Of a stretch of 64,000 bases of DNA, positions 44,774 to 58,100 are shown in pieces. Origin of the DNA: Eledone cirrhosa. Taxonomy: Eukaryota. Location of the stretch: assembly GCA_964016885.1 (NCBI GenBank), contig OZ024747.1, positions 55,490,001 to 55,554,000 on the forward strand, in the 5' to 3' direction. How positions within the stretch are numbered: the first letter of the stretch is position 1; every line of letters starts with the position of its first letter. Below the pieces are notes generated by a model. The model saw only the letters and a list, made by a program, of their open reading frames with translations, was not told the origin of the DNA and ran no database searches. The position numbers and the translations under genes are program-made.

Positions 44774-47700
44774 ATGACCTCACTCAGAATAGGCAGCATA
44801 AATGCGCGTGGCTTGGGGTCGTCATGGAAGCAGGGTCACCTGCTCAACGACCTCAGGTCACTAAACATAGATGTAGTGGCCATCAGCGAGACCAGAATCT
44901 CCGAAGCACGGGCCTTCGCACCGATCTTCGGCGGCTACGATGTGTACGCATCTCCCAGCCGTCCTGGATCGGGTGGAGGAGTTGCTGTGCTTTTTCGGAG
45001 AGGTTTGGATCTCGCCATACGGGCCATCTTCCTGGACCCAGAGGGTAAGCTGGTGGTGCTGGACGTGACCAGCGGAGACGGGCAAGCTTTCAGGCTAGTG
45101 GCCGTCTATGCCCCGACAGGAGCAGGGCGGCCTGATTTCTTCCGGCGTCTGGAGACCTTTCTTGGAACGTCCCGCTCTTTAGTGTTAGTGGGCGACTGGA
45201 ACGGGATCTTAGATGCACGCTGGGACTGTGTGGGATTAGCGGATAGGGGTGGAGGGTGCAAGAGCCTCACCAACCTGCTCAGGCGTTTTGAACTGTCTGA
45301 CAGGTACCGATTGGATTTCCCGAATGTGCCAATGTGGACTTGGACAAACCGCATAGGGTCATCCAGATCATATCTAGATAGAGTATTTTGTAGGGAAATA
45401 GATAGGTCTAGCATAGGCTGTCCACAATTCAAGATAGTCAGCTACACGGACCACAAATTCGTGATCTGTGTGCTTGACTTAGATAGGCTTCATAGACGAG
45501 GACCCGGCTACTGGAAGCTAAACGCGTCCTTACCAGCGCGCAAGGCCTACAGAGACCGGATTAGCGAACTAGTTAAGCGGGCGTTGACGGGGGCCATCGT
45601 CAACAACAAGTGGTGGTTTGCTCTGAAAAGAGCGATTAGAATAGAATCGATTAGGTTTAGTAAGGCTTTAGCAATAGAGAAAAATAGAGCAGAGGGAGAA
45701 CTAGTTAGAAAATTAGACGAGGCGCTTAGCAAAGGCTTGCGACCGACGTGCTTGCGGCGAAATTGGCCCTTGACCAATTCTTCAATGCAAAGCACGAAGG
45801 CTGCGTTGTCAGAGCTAGGGTGCGTGCTCTCAGACACGAGGGGACGAAAGCCGTTCAATGGGCCCGAGTGGCGGAGGCGCGTCGTGGCAACAAAGCCACG
45901 ATCCGGTCTTTGGTGGACCACGACGGGCGCATGCTACTCGATCCCGGGCAAATGTGTGAAGCTTTTCAGCGACACTTCGCTCAGCTGTTCGGGGGCAGCG
46001 GGGGGCCGGGTAGAGGGATGGACTTTAATGTCTACCTCGACGGACTGCCGCGGCTCTCGGCCACTGAGGCGAAGTGTTGCGAAAAGCCGATAACAGCCGC
46101 TGAAGTAAGGGAGGCAATGACTGGCTGCACAAGGGGTAAATCGCCTGGTTTGGATGGTCTGCCCTATGAACTTTCCGTACAGATGCCAGACTTGTTCGGA
46201 GGCCTCTTGGCGGACGTCTACTGCAACTGGCAACAGAACGGGAGAATTCCCAGTTCTGTGAGCCGAGGAGCGGTGGCACTGCTGAGAAAGGATCCGAACA
46301 AGGGGGATAACATAGAAAATTTCCGGCCCATAACTCTGCTAAACACAGAGTTTAAGATTTTGGCCAAGGTGCTAGCAAAGAGGTTGGCGCTTGTCGTTGG
46401 TGGTCTGGTGGGAGAGGCGCAGACATGCGCCATTCCCGACAGATCCATCCACGACAACCTCCACCTCATGCGATACATCGTAGAGAGGGTAGCTAGGGAA
46501 CCTGGCACGGGTGGGTCCTTGATCAATTTAGATCAGTCGAAAGCTTTCGATAGGGTCGACCATCGTTACCTAGCGGCAGTCCTGAGGGCGGCTGGCTTTG
46601 GGCCCGTCTTCAGAGGCTGGATCGCTGCCATGCACAGCGACATCTGCTCTGTGGTGAGAGTGAACGGTCACCTGTCGGAACCGTTCAACATCATGCGCTC
46701 GGTCCGCCAAGGATGTCCCCTCTCGTCCCTCTTGTACGTATTGACTCTCGAGCCATTACTGCACAAACTGGAGACGTTGAGGGGGGTCCCGCGCGAACTA
46801 GGATGCGGAAGATCCGTATCAGCATATGCGGACGATGTCACCGTAGTGGTGTCGAACGCCAAACACATCGAGGCGATCGGCACTACACTAAGAGAATACG
46901 AAGCGGTGACAGGAGCAATGATCAACCAGGAAAAGTCAGTGGGCCTGCAGCTCGGCACCTGGAGAGGCAGGTCCATGCCGTCCAACAGCGTCGTCGGACG
47001 CTGGACGGACGGACCGGTTAAATTGCTAGGGGTCTGGTTCGGTCCGGACCTCCAGACGGACAAAAACTGGGACGAGGTGACGAGCAGGGTGGCTTCTCTC
47101 ACCCAGAAATGGGCCGAGAGGAAGCTATCCCTGAAAGGTCGAGCGGAGGTGGCTAACGCGTACATCGCGTCCGTCATCTGCTACCGCCTGACCGTCGTAC
47201 CTTGTCCTAAGCCTCGCCTGACTGTGCTGGAGCGTTTGCTCTTTCGCTTTTTGTGGAAGGGACGCGCTCCGATGGTCAGGCGGTCCATCTGTTGTCAACA
47301 CCCGCTACGTGGAGGGCTGGGCATGCCGTGGCTGATGATGCGCAGGCACGCGCTCAGGCTACGACATCTCCACCTCTTCCTCGACAGTGATCAGGTGTGG
47401 TCGCCGTTTGCTAGACGCGTGTTTCCCCAGCTCGTTTCCTTGACGGAGCTGCAGTCCTGGGTCAAGCGAAGACCGAGAGGGAGCGCCTGGAGACTGGAAT
47501 GTCTTCAGGCGCTCACAGCCCTCGACCAATCGGGCAATGTGATCGGTGGAAACTCCACCTCGGCGTTCTATAGAGGATTAGTGGAGGGGAAGAGCGACGA
47601 CGTACTTGGGGAAACTCTAGGCGTCGACGAAAATCAACTAGCCAATCTCTTCGGAAGAACTTTCGGGCCAGGGCCTATGGACAACTTCCAGAAATCTCTG

Positions 47701-48192
47701 GCCTGGCAGTGCTACCGAGGAGCCTTGCCAGTTCGGGATAAACTCTACAGGCATGGAGGTGCCGTCAGCCGGGCATGTCCGAGATGCGCGCAGGGCGACG
47801 AAACCGTCCTGCACGCACTCGTCCAGTGTCCGAAAATTGCTGACTTGTGGGTTTATGTCGAACACCTGCTGTCGCGTTTAGGACGGATCCGGCTATCATC
47901 TGAGTCCATCGTGAGGATTGCCCTGCCCTCCTCCTTTAGCCGGGAAGGGCAGGCAGTTTTTATCTGCCTGGTGGCCATGGCGAAAGAGATAGTATGGTGG
48001 ACACGTTTGAAAGGGCTGAAGACGAGCACTTACCTCTTCGGTGATGCTCTGATTGACTTTTTCAAATTTCATTTGAAAAGGAAAATCAGAGTAGAGAGGG
48101 AAGTGCTCTCTTCCCAGCATTTTGTTGAAAGATGGGTGAGAGAAGCAAGAATGGCCCGAGTGAATGGGCCTACTCTGAGCATATATCTGTAA
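44774..48192 (+). CDS. LINE ORF2: APE endonuclease, reverse transcriptase and C-terminal zinc motif; one frameshift near 45738
   Basis: SINARGL, ISETR, VYAP, GDWN, YLDRVF, TDH; KSPGLDG, FRPITLLN, DQSKAFDRVDH, RQGCPLS, YADD; CPRC..ETVLHALVQC. Confidence 0.93.
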
Positions 48193-48440
48193 ATTAAAGG
48201 TGGAAAACTGGGAGAGGGCACTTGCCTTGGTGGTCAGGGTCATTGTGGCTTTTTACTGGGCTTTCTCCACAAATGTCCCTCCGAAGTCTCCCCCCCTATT
48301 GGGGAATTTTTCATTGTTATTTTTGTTACATCCTCTGTTTTTGTTTTTTACACGCAGAAATGCCCATTTGTACCGTCCTGCATTGTCCTGCACTGTCCTT
48401 AATGTCTACTTTATGTAAACCCTTGTGGTTAATAAAGAAA

Positions 48441-48472
<32 letters not shown>

Positions 48473-48482
48473 TTATTATTAA

Positions 48483-48665
48483 GGCCATGCTTTGTAGCAT
48501 TGAGTTATAGCCGGATATGCTCTGAGTTCAAATCCCGCCGAGGATAGCTTTACCTGTTATCCTTATGAAGTTGATTAAATGAAGTACCAGCCATACACTG
48601 TGTTCGGTTTAATCGACTAACCACTCCCCTTCAAATTACTGGCCTGGGGACTAAAGTAGAAACAG
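48483..48665 (+). mobile_element. Older, longer variant of the tRNA-type SINE, 5'-truncated
   Basis: gagttcaaatcccgccgagg...ttaatcgactaaccactcccc...taaagtagaaacagttatt. Confidence 0.8.
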
Positions 48666-48680
48666 TTATTATTATTATAT

Positions 48681-48750
48681 GTAAACCCCCACTATGACTG
48701 TCTTTGTATTGTCCACTTTATGTCGGCCCTTGTGGCCAATAAATGAAACC
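48681..48750 (+). mobile_element. Diverged Tx1-like 3' end
   Basis: tgtccactttatgtcggcccttgtggccaataaatgaaaccattatt vs tgtctactttatgtaaacccttgtggttaataaagaaatcattatt. Confidence 0.7.
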
Positions 48751-48786
48751 ATTATTCTTATTCTTGTCATTGTTATTATTATCCTC

Positions 48787-48932
48787 GGACGCCATGCTTT
48801 CCAGCATAGTTACGTCCCTTTACGATCTGAGTTCAAGTCCCGCCGAGGTTGACTTTGCCTTTCATCCTTACGGGGTCGATAAAATAAAGTACCAGTAAGG
48901 TAATTGCTGGCCTTGTGCCTAAAGTAGAAACA
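48787..48932 (+). mobile_element. tRNA-type SINE, 5'-truncated
   Basis: TSD attattatcctc on both sides. Confidence 0.9.
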
Positions 48933-49175
48933 ATTATTATCCTCATGTTATATGGTGTGCGTGCATCTGTATATGATAGTGTGTGTTTACCTCAGCCGTG
49001 AGTGTCGTGTACTTGTGTGTATGACTGAAGGATGGTAATGTATGTAAGTATGGAAATATATTTGTATGTATTCCCATATGATATAAATACCATTCTATTT
49101 TTGTAAATATAAATATATATCTGTGTATGTACACTTATAGACATATGTATATATATATATATGTATGTATGTATA

Positions 49176-49242
<67 letters not shown>

Positions 49243-49260
49243 ATATATATATATGTGTCC

Positions 49261-49301
<41 letters not shown>

Positions 49302-49413
49302 TATATACACATATATAAATATATATATTTGTGTATCTGTGTGTACGTGTGTCTGTGTATATATGAATATATATATATATATATATATGTATATGGACAC
49401 ATATATATATATT

Positions 49414-49461
<48 letters not shown>

Positions 49462-49874
49462 CATATATATACATATGTATATAAATGTACATACATCTGT
49501 TTGTATGTGTATATATATGTATATATATATACATATATATACACATATATATATATGTAAATATATATATATATAATTATATATATATATATGTATACAT
49601 ATATATATTAAAAATAAAAAATAAAAATATATATATATATATATATACGTGTGTGGGTGTATGTGTGTATGTGTATATATACTATACTATATTATACGTG
49701 TATTCATGTATGTTTGAACATTTAATATACCCAAAGAGAAAATATTACATCCTTCTTGAAATGCATATATTTATGAGAATTATTTTTTATGTGTGTATAT
49801 GAGCAAATATATGTAATACTGTGTGTTTCGTATTCATAAATATATATATAAATATATATATAAATATATATATG

Positions 49875-49936
<62 letters not shown>

Positions 49937-50502
49937 TGTCTGCTGTTCAGAATATATGCCAAATGTTTTATCGTTTTTAATGCTTCCATGGAATAAAAAA
50001 AAAAATCAAAATACAAATTAAAAGAAATGTGCATACACGCTCACAATCACTAATACATACACAAGAAGCTCCTCCTTCCCACATACAGACACACACATAC
50101 ACACTCATAAACATACAAGCACACATATGAACAAATACAGATACATTAAGCAGAAAATTGTCAGTAAAATCCCAATATAGAGATCAGCATAAAATTCTCA
50201 AGTCCATTTGATCAAAGACAGAATTTTGGTCAATACTAGAACTGCTCAAAGTTCTACTGATAAATCTCAACTTTTGTGTATTTTTCATTTCCATTCTTGC
50301 ATGAAGATTGAGTAAACACAGTGTTATAAACACATACAAACACATGTATTCACACACAACTACACATTGTAAAAATGAATATATATAAATTAGTATATAT
50401 ATATATATAAATGAATATATATATATAAATGAATATATATATATATATATATAAATATCTATATATATCTATATATATGTATATGTATATATATCTATAC
50501 AT

Positions 50503-50533
<31 letters not shown>

Positions 50534-50621
50534 CATATATATTTATAAATATATATTTATACATATATATATATATATATTTATATATATGTGTGTGTGT
50601 GTGTTTGTCATATGTATATAA

Positions 50622-50662
<41 letters not shown>

Positions 50663-50673
50663 TATATATATAA

Positions 50674-50790
<117 letters not shown>

Positions 50791-51131
50791 GCTATATATA
50801 TACATATACATGAAGTAAAAAAAGAGATGTGGGTGGGTATACATATGACCGTGTTGTAAATTGAGATTGGGATGTGATAGGGATACGCATTAAAAATAAG
50901 ACCGAAATATCTAAATCTTCCACAACAAATAAAACCATTTCATTTTGGAACAATTTCTATTGAAATAAGGAATTATGTTAGTGTTTGCATATTTGCATAT
51001 TCTACAGAGTAGTTTTTATGTCCTCAATACCATCGTGTGTATACAAACATATGTATATGTTTATGTGTCCTTGTTCGGTCACATTGTGGTTGTCTCTCTC
51101 TGTCTGTATATATATATATGCATATATATAT

Positions 51132-51178
<47 letters not shown>

Positions 51179-51375
51179 TATATATATGTATATATATATG
51201 TATATATATATATATATGAATGTACGAATGTATTTGTATTTATATTTTATTTTAGAGTGTTCAATATGTGTAAATGTGTTATGTGTGTATTAATTGATAT
51301 ATATATATATGTGGACAATAATGAAAGTTGAAAGAGAAATGGAATTATATAAATGTATTTGTGTATGTATGTATG

Positions 51376-51445
<70 letters not shown>

Positions 51446-51598
51446 AATATATATATATATATATTTCAGTGTGTTTGTGTACATATACAAACAAACATTT
51501 GTATTAGTGTATTTACACATAGCCATACGTGTGTATGTATGTTTCTATATGTGTATGTGTATACACATAACATACACACACACAAACAAACACACACT

Positions 51599-51685
<87 letters not shown>

Positions 51686-51907
51686 AATATTTATTATTGA
51701 TATGAATGTTTACTTCTATTTCGAAGTTTCACCAATACTGGCTCCTCAAAGAGGAAGCCAGTAGAATCAGTGACACGACATTTCCAAGTAAACAGTCACT
51801 ATTAATCATAAATGTTGTTTTGTCTTTACAATTCGCACTAAGGTCCCTCTTCAATGCATGTTTATTCCACTTAAGTACACAAACCTATAAATCATGAATA
51901 TTTGTCC

Positions 51908-52198
<291 letters not shown>

Positions 52199-52199
52199 T

Positions 52200-52385
52200 G
52201 GTGGATTGGCAGTATCGGTAGAGGGTCTGACGCTATGCTTTGCAGCAAAGAGTTACGCCCCTTTATGGTTTGAGTTCAAATCCCGCCGAGGTTAACTTTG
52301 CCTTTCATCCTTACGGGGTTCGATAAAATAAAGTACCAGTAATGCACTGGGTAATTGCTGGCCTTGTGCCAAAAGCAGAAACAGT
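52200..52385 (+). mobile_element. tRNA-type SINE
   Basis: Same family as 6530. Confidence 0.9.
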
Positions 52386-52462
<77 letters not shown>

Positions 52463-52486
52463 ATATATATATATATATATGAGAGC

Positions 52487-52917
52487 GTTGTAGTTTGATT
52501 GTGCATTAAGTGTAATATGGTATGTAAATCAAAGGCTGCGAGAATGCGAAAGGTGTAGTACGATTTAAGATAAAACAATGCAACAAAGCTGGTCCGTGTT
52601 ACCTGCTATTTATTCAAATACATCCTTAATTTTCGAGATAAAATCTCCTCACCAAAAGTAAAAATCCTTTGAAAATAGAGAAAAATATTTAGCTTGTATG
52701 CGCTATCTTTTCATCCTGTTTAAAAAGATAGCGCATACAAGCTAAATATTTTTCTCTATTTTCCAAGGTTTTTGACATTTGGTGGTGAGATTTTATCTCG
52801 AAAATTGAGATTGTATTTGAATAAATAGCAGGTAACACGGAGTAGTTTTGTTGCACTGTTTTATCTTAAATCGTACCACACCTTTCGCATTGTCACAGCC
52901 TTCGAATTACATACTTT

Positions 52918-52920
<3 letters not shown>
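52487..52920. mobile_element. Fold-back element, family G (2x~190 bp); extra arm fragment at 53185-53293
   Basis: 52520-52711 inverted with 52722-52914; decayed core ttggtga-ggagat(ttt)atctc-GAAA. Confidence 0.75.
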
Positions 52921-52968
<48 letters not shown>

Positions 52969-52989
52969 AAAGAGAGGGAGAGAGAGAGA

Positions 52990-54106
52990 GGGTGCGCTTT
53001 TTGGTGTAAGGGAGCCTAGGCTTAAGCAGAACTGTCCAACCCACGGAAATATAGAAGTAAATAGGATGATGTTGGTTTACATACACGCATACATTTATTC
53101 TAGCTCTCCTTCTATTCTCAGATAGAAATTAACGCCTGAAACATTTTGCCTCTTCTCCAAAAATTTCAGTCTTCAAATCGAGATATGTATTTAAATAAAT
53201 AGCAGGTAACACGGAGCAGCTTTGTTGCATTGTTTTATCTTAAATCGTGCGACACATTTCGCATTGTCACAGCCTTCGAATTTCATACTTTCTTATTCCG
53301 TATTCCCGATATTTGCTCCCAAATACAGGAAGTCCTCAACCAATTCTAACGGCTTCCCGCCTATATTAGTAATCTTCTCTGGCTTCTTAATATTCTCTAC
53401 CAGATATTTCGTCTTAATCTCATTCATTCTCAGCCCCACACTTATCGACATATTCTCCACCTCCTGCATCATATCCTCTGCCTCCTTCACTGTGTCTGTC
53501 ACCAAAACTATGTCGTCGGCAAATTCAGCACTCGATATCTTTTTCGCCTTAACTCTCCTACTCTGAGTCGGTGTTACAGTAAAGCCAGGGTCCTGGTGTT
53601 TCTCCAGCGCAAGGCGCATACAATAGTCCACTACGATGATAAAAAGGTAGGGAGCCAATGTATCTTCCTGGAGCACACCAGCCAGTATCTCAAAGAACTA
53701 TGTCATCTCATCAAGTGTAATGTCCAAGAAACTCACTCAGATGGCGCATGACTGCTACACGAGAATGCTGAGGATGGCTCTGAACATTAATCAGTATACA
53801 CTGAGGATGAAGAACTCAGAGCTGTATGGGAGCCTCCCAAATGTCAGCTCAAAAGTGACACAGAGTAGACTGAGTTTAGCTGGACATGCTCACCGACATC
53901 CAGAGTTGACACTGCACTCAGTGCTCATGTGGGTGCCCCTGCATGGACACACTGGAAGAGGAAGACCGAGGTTAACATATGTTGATGCCCTAAGGACAGA
54001 CACTGTTCTGTTGGAGACGCAGGACAAGGCAGCGATAATGAGGGTCAGAGACCTCTGAGAGAGAACTCGGCCATGGATCTCGGGAATTTTACCCGCCCTA
54101 GATATA

Positions 54107-54144
<38 letters not shown>

Positions 54145-54340
54145 GGAGAGAGACAGGGGGGTTCTTTCTTGTGTAAGGGAGCCTAGGCTTAAGCAGAACT
54201 GTCCAACCCATGCAGCTACGGAAATATAGAAGTAAATAGGATGATGTTGATATACATACACGCATACATTTGTTCTAGCTCTCCTTCTATCCTCTGATAG
54301 AGCCTAACGCCTGAAACATTTAGCCTCTTCTCCAAAAATA
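52990..54340. repeat. ~175-bp direct repeats (52990-53165, 54158-54340)
   Basis: gtgtaagggagcctaggcttaagcagaactgtccaaccca...gcctcttctccaaaaa twice, each preceded by (TA)n(GA)n. Confidence 0.85.
53293..54100. mobile_element. RTE-type LINE fragment with 5' inversion
   Basis: Minus 53293-53710: GVLQEDTLAPYLF, FADDIVL, VEDFLYLG; plus 53720-54058: CYTRMLRMALN, LAGHAHRH, GRGRPRLTYVD. Confidence 0.88.
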
Positions 54341-54514
54341 TCATGCATCAAATTCAGATATGATTCCATGGTTTTGTATTGATCGTATGTATTATTTGCA
54401 ACTAAAATGTACGCCTGCGAATAATACTACAATTGCCATCTTACCTGTTAGACCGCATTTTCAACCATGAAAATACCTTTTACGCAATCCCTCTCTCAGA
54501 AATCTTGTAGAGAC

Positions 54515-54915
54515 CTAGGATGGTAAGAATTGGCAACGAGTCTATCTCTGAGTTTATTGTGGAGTTAGTTGAGGTCCACCAAGATTCAGTCATCAGTCAC
54601 CTCCTGTTCATTATAGAGGAATTCATGTCTGGTTTTCCTTGGGAGCTCATGTAAGCTGGTGATTTAGCCCTCATAAGTGAAATGAAAGAACTAGAAAAGA
54701 AATTCCGGACATAATAGCAAAAGATCTCAATGAAATTAAGCAAAGATTACAGTTTTGAGCAACCATTAGGAAAATAGCCATGTTCAATGTGTAAATCAGG
54801 TGATAGAAATTCCATATGGTTTACCCCGTGTGGATCACAAGCCATTTAGTGGGATCACACTTAGACTGATAAGAAGGCCGAATCTTGTATGTGGTAGATG
54901 CGCAGGAGAAATCAG
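54515..54915 (+). mobile_element. Decayed RTE-type LINE RT fragment
   Basis: Reads VRIGNESISEFIVELVEVHQDSVISHLLFII..GFPWELM*AGDLALI..; later PCSMC and VCGRCAG. Confidence 0.7.
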
Positions 54916-54999
54916 TAGTTAAGGAGCTAAGAGAAAAAGGGGCATAGAGGAAATAGATGCATTATACAAGATAAAAGTCTGCAGTGGCTTCGACATCTG

Positions 55000-55165
<166 letters not shown>

Positions 55166-55185
55166 AATAAATGTTTAATACATAA

Positions 55186-55287
55186 TTGTCTTCTACAAGA
55201 CTAGTAGTGCTTCATTCGAACGAAATCAACAGGAAACGCCTGATGGTTTCCTTCGAACGTAACAATTCGAGTCCTATAGTAGCTGTT

Positions 55288-55297
<10 letters not shown>
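55186..55297. mobile_element. Decayed family C fold-back copy (another at ~21620-21690)
   Basis: cttctacaagactag..ttcattcgaacgaaatcaacagg / cctgatggtttccttcgaacgtaacaattcgagtcctatagtag. Confidence 0.55.
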
Positions 55298-55353
<56 letters not shown>

Positions 55354-55649
55354 TCTCACACACATACAATATTTCCTAGTGTCAACTAAGTTTTCTTCAA
55401 ATCATACTTAATTACTTTCTCATGACCTTGAGTGTTATTTGTATTTCTTTTTTCTTTCCTCCATAATTCTACATTCTTAATTAAGATAAAATGATTTCCA
55501 TATTTCTCGTATGATGAGGATTCATTAAACAGACAAAATTAAAGTAAATATTAATGCTACAGCCGTATTGTTCTTCATTTAATACATCATGATGTTCTTG
55601 TGTGTGAACATATGTGTGTGTGTGTATGTGTGTGTATATATATATATTT

Positions 55650-56365
55650 ATCAAAATAACAGATTAAAGTTTAAGCAAAGAATCGCTGCTTTCACCCTTA
55701 ACGGGATCTTCTGAGACTGCAAAAATCAATCTGTGAACGCAGAAGTAAATATTTTGAGAAGCGTTGCAACCGAAAAAAGACAGGAAGCCGATACTTAGGT
55801 TCGTGGAAACGTTCCCTGGCAAAGAACGGAAAAAAACGAAGATAATACGTCATTATTTGGATCGCAGAAAACAATTACACGCAAACACAAAACCTCGTTT
55901 ATGGTATAAATGCGTGCATGTATATATTTAATTTTTGTTGATTTCAATCACCTCTGTAATTAATTTACATTATTCTTAACTCTGAAGAATAAAGGTGGAT
56001 TGGCAGTATCGGTGGAGGGTCGGACGCCATATGCTTTGCAGCATAGAATTACGGCCCTTTATGATCTAAGTTCAAATCTCACCGAGGTTAACTTTGCCTG
56101 TCATCCTTACGGGGTCGATAAAATAAAGCACCAGTCACGCACTGGGGTGGATTTAATCGACTTTCTCCTCCCCAACAATTGCTGGCCTTGTTAACTCTGA
56201 AGCCGAGAACCATTCGGTGTCCTAAATAGAATTTTAGTCTACGACTTCAGTTATACCATAAACGTGGTTTTGTCTTTGCGTGTAATTGTTCTCAGCGTTC
56301 CACATAATGACGTATTATCTTCGTTTTTTTTCGTTCTTTGCCAGGGAAAGTTTCTACGAAACAAA
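55650..56365 (-). mobile_element. Fold-back element, family I, with a SINE (55994-56190) in its spacer
   Basis: 55799-55907 inverted with 56251-56361; minus CAGAAGA-tccc(gttaa)gggt-GAAA at ~55685-55725; SINE flanked by ttaactctgaag. Confidence 0.7.
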
Positions 56366-56391
56366 GTACATACACGCACACATATATATAT

Positions 56392-57020
56392 GTACGTATG
56401 GATTTACCGAACATTTATTATAATGCTCGGTTTGTTTGTAAACAAACATCCCGAATTAAGCCGTACAGTGTTTAGCAACCATCGTTGCCCTTTTGTTCAA
56501 CACTGACAAAGGAACGATGTACTAGTTTCAAGCTTATTAGCTATCGTCAGCACCGTATACCTTCCTGCCAGATGATTGAACGTCTGAAAGTATATACTTT
56601 CCTTATGCATATTAACGGCTGAGCAGCCTAATTTGCATATCGAGTGAGTTAATCGGCCGGGCGCACCGAAAACGATAAACGGAAAAAATGAAACGAAATT
56701 TCATTTCTCACTATTAGTACGACTGTTACTTAAATATAAGTATATATACGTACATACATATATGTATACAGACGTACAGTAGTATGTATATATATACACA
56801 CACATGCACATATATATATATATGTACGTATGGATTTACCGAACATTTATTATAATGCTCGGTTTGTTTGTAAACGTTTTCGGTGCTGACGATAGCTAAT
56901 AAGCTTGAAACTAGTACATCGTTCTTTTGTCAGTGTTGAACAAAAGGGCAACGATGGCTGCTAAACACTGTACGGCTTAATTCGGGATGTTTGTTTACAA
57001 ACAAACCGAGCATTATAATA
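56392..57020 (-). mobile_element. Family D retrozyme-like element: 432-bp unit, partial repeat and inverted arm
   Basis: gtacgtatggatttaccgaac at 56392 and 56824; hammerheads at 56514-56556 (-) and 56881-56921 (+). Confidence 0.88.
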
Positions 57021-57386
57021 AAGGAAAATCAGGGTAGAGAGGGAGGTGCTCTCTTCCCAGCATTTTGTTGAAAGATGGGTGAGAGAGACAAGAATGGCCC
57101 CAGTGAATGGGCCTACTCTGAGTATGTGTCTGTAAATTAAAGGTGGAAAACTGGGAGAGGGCACTTGCCCTGGTGGTCAGGGTCACTGTGGCTTTTTAAT
57201 GGGCTTTCTCCACGAATGTCCCTCGGAAGTCTCCCCCCTATTGGGGAATTATTTTCATTGTTCTATTATTACATCCTCTGTTTTTTGTCTTTTTACACGC
57301 AGAAATGCCCATTTGTACCGTCCTCCATTGTCCTGTACTGTCCTTAATGTCTACTTTATGTAAACCCTTGTGGTTAATAAAGAAAG

Positions 57387-57387
<1 letters not shown>
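57020..57387 (+). mobile_element. 3' fragment of Tx1-like LINE followed by (ATT)n
   Basis: Matches 48077-48442; inserted after cattataata. Confidence 0.95.
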
Positions 57388-57435
<48 letters not shown>

Positions 57436-57782
57436 GTTATTGTTGTTATTGTTTTTGTTGGTGTTATAATTATTTTTATCATCATTATCATCCTCATTAT
57501 AATTATCGTCTCCATTATTCTTTCGGTCTTTATTTTATAATAATTTATGATATATTTAACTTCGTCTTTCCATTTATATATATTTATATTTAATTATATT
57601 TTGATGTCTGCTGTCGTTAATGTTGTTTAATGTTAATTTTTTAAAATGATTGTTTTCTTAATTTTCGCCTGAAATGTCTAGACATTGAACATATATTTCA
57701 AAAATAAATACAATATTATTAAATCAAAGGAATTTAATAAAACATGAAAGAGTTAATTAGCTAATGAGATATTATGGAATTG

Positions 57783-57910
<128 letters not shown>

Positions 57911-58052
57911 AGATATATACATGCGCATGTACATATATATATACATATACATATATACATATATATATATATATAAACATATATAAATATATAGATATAT
58001 ATATGTATATAATATATACATATATATATATACATTACACACACACACACAC

Positions 58053-58100
<48 letters not shown>

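Larger units (their letters stand above)
42474..48442 (+). mobile_element. Full-length Tx1/L1-clade LINE inserted in (ATT)n
   Basis: 5' UTR, ORF1, ORF2 (APE-RT-Zn), 3' UTR with aataaa; ATT repeats on both sides. Confidence 0.95.

Noticed and set aside
39960-48243. Antisense and alternate-frame ORFs within the Tx1 copies
   Set aside because: Shadows of a GC-rich coding frame; no recognisable motifs.
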